Assembly: GCA_037076615.1 (NCBI GenBank)
Contig: AP029158.1
Span: 463,717 to 527,716 of the forward strand
Length of the DNA: 64,000 bases
Reading direction: 5' to 3'
From: Candidatus Parcubacteria bacterium
GTDB taxonomy: Bacteria; Patescibacteriota; Patescibacteriia; Patescibacteriales; UBA12465
A model generated the notes under the pieces. The model was not told where the DNA came from. It saw nothing but the letters and a program-made list of their open reading frames with translations, and made no database searches. Numbering within the stretch: position 1 is the stretch's first letter; every line of letters begins with the position of its first letter. The position numbers and the translations under genes were made by a program. Shown one piece after another: positions 62,356-64,000 of the stretch.

Positions 62356-63303
62356 ATGAGCTCTGATAAAATAACAATTGTTTTTGCCGGCACCCCGGAA
62401 TTCGCCCAGCCTAGTCTAGAAAGCTTAGCGACTGATACCCGTTTTGAAATTTTAGGGGTGATTACCCAACCGGACCGGCCGGCCGGGCGCGGCCAAAAGC
62501 TCGCTCCAAGCGCCATTAAACAGACAGCGTATAAATTAGGATTACCGGTTTGGCAACCTACCCGGATTAAAGATTTAGCCGCTGATTTAAAAAAGTTAGC
62601 GCCGGATTTTTTAGTGGTGGTCGCTTACGGACAAATCTTACCTTTAGAAATTTTAGAGATTCCCAAACAGGGAGCGATTAATCTTCATGGTTCCCTGTTG
62701 CCTAAATACCGAGGGGCCGCTTGTGTGGCGGCACCGATTTTAAACGGCGATCCGGTAAGCGGCGTAACGATTATGCTTATGGATGTGGGGTTAGACAGTG
62801 GCCCGATTCTAGATCAGAAAACAATCAATTTAGACTCCAGAGAAACCGCGGCCACTCTTCATGACAAGTTAAGCCAGCTAGGCGCCAGTCGTTTAGGCGA
62901 TGTCTTGGCGGATTTCTATACTGGAAAAATTACCCCCAAAAACCAACCCTTGGTCGGTATTTCCTATTTTCCAACTTTAAATAAAGAAGCCGGTTTAATA
63001 AATTGGCGCAAAGAAGCGCTGCTTTTAGACCGCGAAGTGCGAGCCTACTACCCGTGGCCGGGAAGTTTCACCACCTGGAGTGGACGCCGGCTGAAAATAA
63101 TCCGCGCTGAAGTCTGGGAGGGTGAAAATTTAGAAGAGGGGTTATCGGGAGCCGTTTTAATGGTTGATAAAAAATTATTAGTTAGCTGTGGACAAGGGTT
63201 TTTAAATATATTAGAATTACAACTTGAAGGTAGCCGGTCTTTAACTGCGGTTGACTTTTTAAGCGGTCACGGGCAAATTATTGGCAGTCGGCTTGGCCTT
63301 TAG
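62356..63303 (+). CDS. fmt: Methionyl-tRNA formyltransferase
   Basis: 315 aa. IVFAGTPEFA, NLHGSLLPKYRGAA, C-terminal beta-barrel domain. Confidence 0.9.
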   Translation: MSSDKITIVFAGTPEFAQPSLESLATDTRFEILGVITQPDRPAGRGQKLAPSAIKQTAYKLGLPVWQPTRIKDLAADLKKLAPDFLVVVAYGQILPLEILEIPKQGAINLHGSLLPKYRGAACVAAPILNGDPVSGVTIMLMDVGLDSGPILDQKTINLDSRETAATLHDKLSQLGASRLGDVLADFYTGKITPKNQPLVGISYFPTLNKEAGLINWRKEALLLDREVRAYYPWPGSFTTWSGRRLKIIRAEVWEGENLEEGLSGAVLMVDKKLLVSCGQGFLNILELQLEGSRSLTAVDFLSGHGQIIGSRLGL

Positions 63304-63309
63304 GAAAAT

Positions 63310-63381
63310 GGTCCCTTCGTCTAACGGTTAGGACGCCAGGTTCTCATCCTGGTAACAGGGGTTCGATTCCCCTAGGGACTA
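63310..63381 (+). tRNA. tRNA-Glu (anticodon CUC); CCA not encoded
   Basis: GGTCCCT-TC-GTCT-AACGGTTA-GGAC-G-CCAGG-TTCTCAT-CCTGG-TAAC-AGGGG-TTCGATT-CCCCT-AGGGACT-A. Hand-folded; resembles bacterial tRNA-Glu. Confidence 0.9.
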
Positions 63382-63383
63382 CT

Positions 63384-63420
63384 AAACAAAACAACACCTC
63401 AGAGAGGTGTTGTTTTGTTT
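63384..63420 (+). terminator. Perfect 17-bp hairpin directly after tRNA-Glu
   Basis: AAACAAAACAACACCTC-AGA-GAGGTGTTGTTTTGTTT. Confidence 0.6.
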
Positions 63421-63582
63421 AGACGGCGTTAGCCGCGGGAATCGAACAGGTTGGAAATGAGTCAAATCCGAGCCGCTATTTCGAGCGGCGAGGATACAGA
63501 CGAATGTCGGACAATATGCCGGGGGCATATTGAACGCCAACCCTGGACAAGTGAGCTTTTCGGAAGAAAAGCGAGCGCGATA
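63421..63582 (+). other. Body of tRNA-Glu-linked non-coding module (module B)
   Basis: 162 nt. Anti-T-arm GGGAATCGAAC (63437-63447), hairpins GCCGCT/AGCGGC (63472-63489) and CAATATGCC-GGG-GGCATATTG (63512-63532), closing pair GGCGTT/AACGCC (63425-63430 / 63533-63538), ACGAATG (63500-63506), GCTTTTC-GGAA-GAAAAGC (63555-63572). Confidence 0.5.
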
Positions 63583-63600
63583 ATTCCCCTAGGGACTACT
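63583..63600 (+). repeat. Direct repeat of the tRNA-Glu 3' end
   Basis: ATTCCCCTAGGGACTACT is identical at 63366-63383 (tRNA 3' end plus 2 nt) and 63583-63600. Confidence 0.9.
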
Positions 63601-63811
63601 GATTAAAACAAAAGAAGACACATCTTTAGATATGCCCTTTTTCTTACTTATCTATATTTTAGTTAGGTTGGCAGGTATTGAAATAAAAATCGGCGATTTC
63701 GCAGTGTGAATAATTCGCTCGAAAAATAAACTCTCCTTCTTTAGTACAAAAATTTCAACTTCAATTATAATTTCACCTGAAAATATTAACCTTAGTATAG
63801 ATGATTGCCAA

Positions 63812-64000
63812 TTACAAATCTGCCGGTACGCTCTGTAATTTATTGATTAATGGTCGGTCCGAAGAAACCGGAATATCAAAATGAAATTCTGTCTTCCCTA
63901 CCAAACCATCAGGACCCTGCTCCACCACCACCAATATTTCTTTTTCCCGAAGTTTTTTAGTGAGCTCTTGATAATAATTGGCAGCCAACTCATCAGACAT
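63812..64000 (-). CDS. Small hypothetical protein
   Basis: 62-aa ORF whose ATG is the last codon of the window. No recognisable domain. Confidence 0.3.
   Translation of the reverse strand: MSDELAANYYQELTKKLREKEILVVVEQGPDGLVGKTEFHFDIPVSSDRPLINKLQSVPADL

Noticed and set aside
63421-63600. tmRNA, SRP RNA or RNase P RNA identity for the tRNA-linked modules
   Set aside because: Motifs such as GATTCGAAC and ACGAATG superficially recall tmRNA. However, the segments are far too short and lack the G:U alanine identity acceptor and a tag ORF. SRP helix-8 (AGCA, GGAA-GCAGCC) and RNase P CR-I (GAGGAAAGTCC) signatures are also absent.
1-64000. Alternative genetic code (UGA or UAG reassignment, as in some candidate phyla)
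   Set aside because: Long conserved genes (ileS 971 aa, secA 908 aa, clpB, nrdJ) are uninterrupted under the standard code. TAG and TAA both terminate well-delimited genes. The single in-frame TAG in the LRR gene is better explained as a nonsense mutation or an error.
1-64000. CRISPR arrays, diversity-generating retroelements, transposases, integrases, toxin-antitoxin or known defence systems
   Set aside because: By eye I saw no spaced direct-repeat array, no reverse-transcriptase (YxDD) ORF and no recombinase-like ORF. Absence is based on visual inspection only.

Overview
A 64-kb, very gene-dense bacterial chromosomal segment under the standard genetic code. I call about 64 protein-coding loci, two of them disrupted, and 2 tRNAs. 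Most genes are on the minus strand, and many are separated by fewer than 15 nt or overlap. No rRNA, CRISPR array, transposase, integrase or reverse transcriptase was seen. The core content is housekeeping: mreB-mreC-mreD plus a second mreB paralog, proS, ruvA, ileS, secA, hpf, rseP, frr, holB, nrdJ, yidD, gatC-gatA, pgk, clpB, def and fmt. Membrane quality-control genes are present (lemA, an SPFH gene, htpX). Many cell-envelope and glycan genes are interspersed: rfbB, an RmlC-like cupin, a UXS-like gene, 5-6 glycosyltransferases, a WbaP-like and a WecA-like initiating transferase, a Wzx-like flippase, an L,D-transpeptidase and an S8 protease. The style (ProRS without the INS domain, eukaryote-like IleRS signature, compact co-directional genes, few regulators) suggests a small-genome uncultivated bacterium such as Patescibacteria/CPR. 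That placement is inference only. The most unusual observation concerns both tRNA genes, tRNA-Ser(GGA) at 44.7 kb and tRNA-Glu(CUC) at 63.3 kb. Each is followed by a collinear ~207-217-bp non-coding module: a terminator hairpin, exactly 16 nt, an 11-12-nt antisense match to that tRNA's own T-arm, a structured body with shared landmarks, and a direct repeat of the tRNA 3' end. This looks like a family of miniature tRNA-targeting integrative elements or tRNA-linked structured RNAs. Other points: a 9-kb accessory region (35.5-44.5 kb) abuts tRNA-Ser and holds orphan genes and an AT-rich glycan cassette. In it, a GT11 fucosyltransferase is frameshifted at a C7/G7 homopolymer and an LRR lipoprotein is interrupted by an in-frame TAG. 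There is also a WecA-like/QueH-like fusion protein, and a membrane-anchored Hsp100 paralog with a degenerate first ATPase domain lying divergent to a CIRCE-controlled clpB. Several proteins appear to have lost catalytic residues (a DsbA-like protein with SxxS, an HtrA-like protein without the His).
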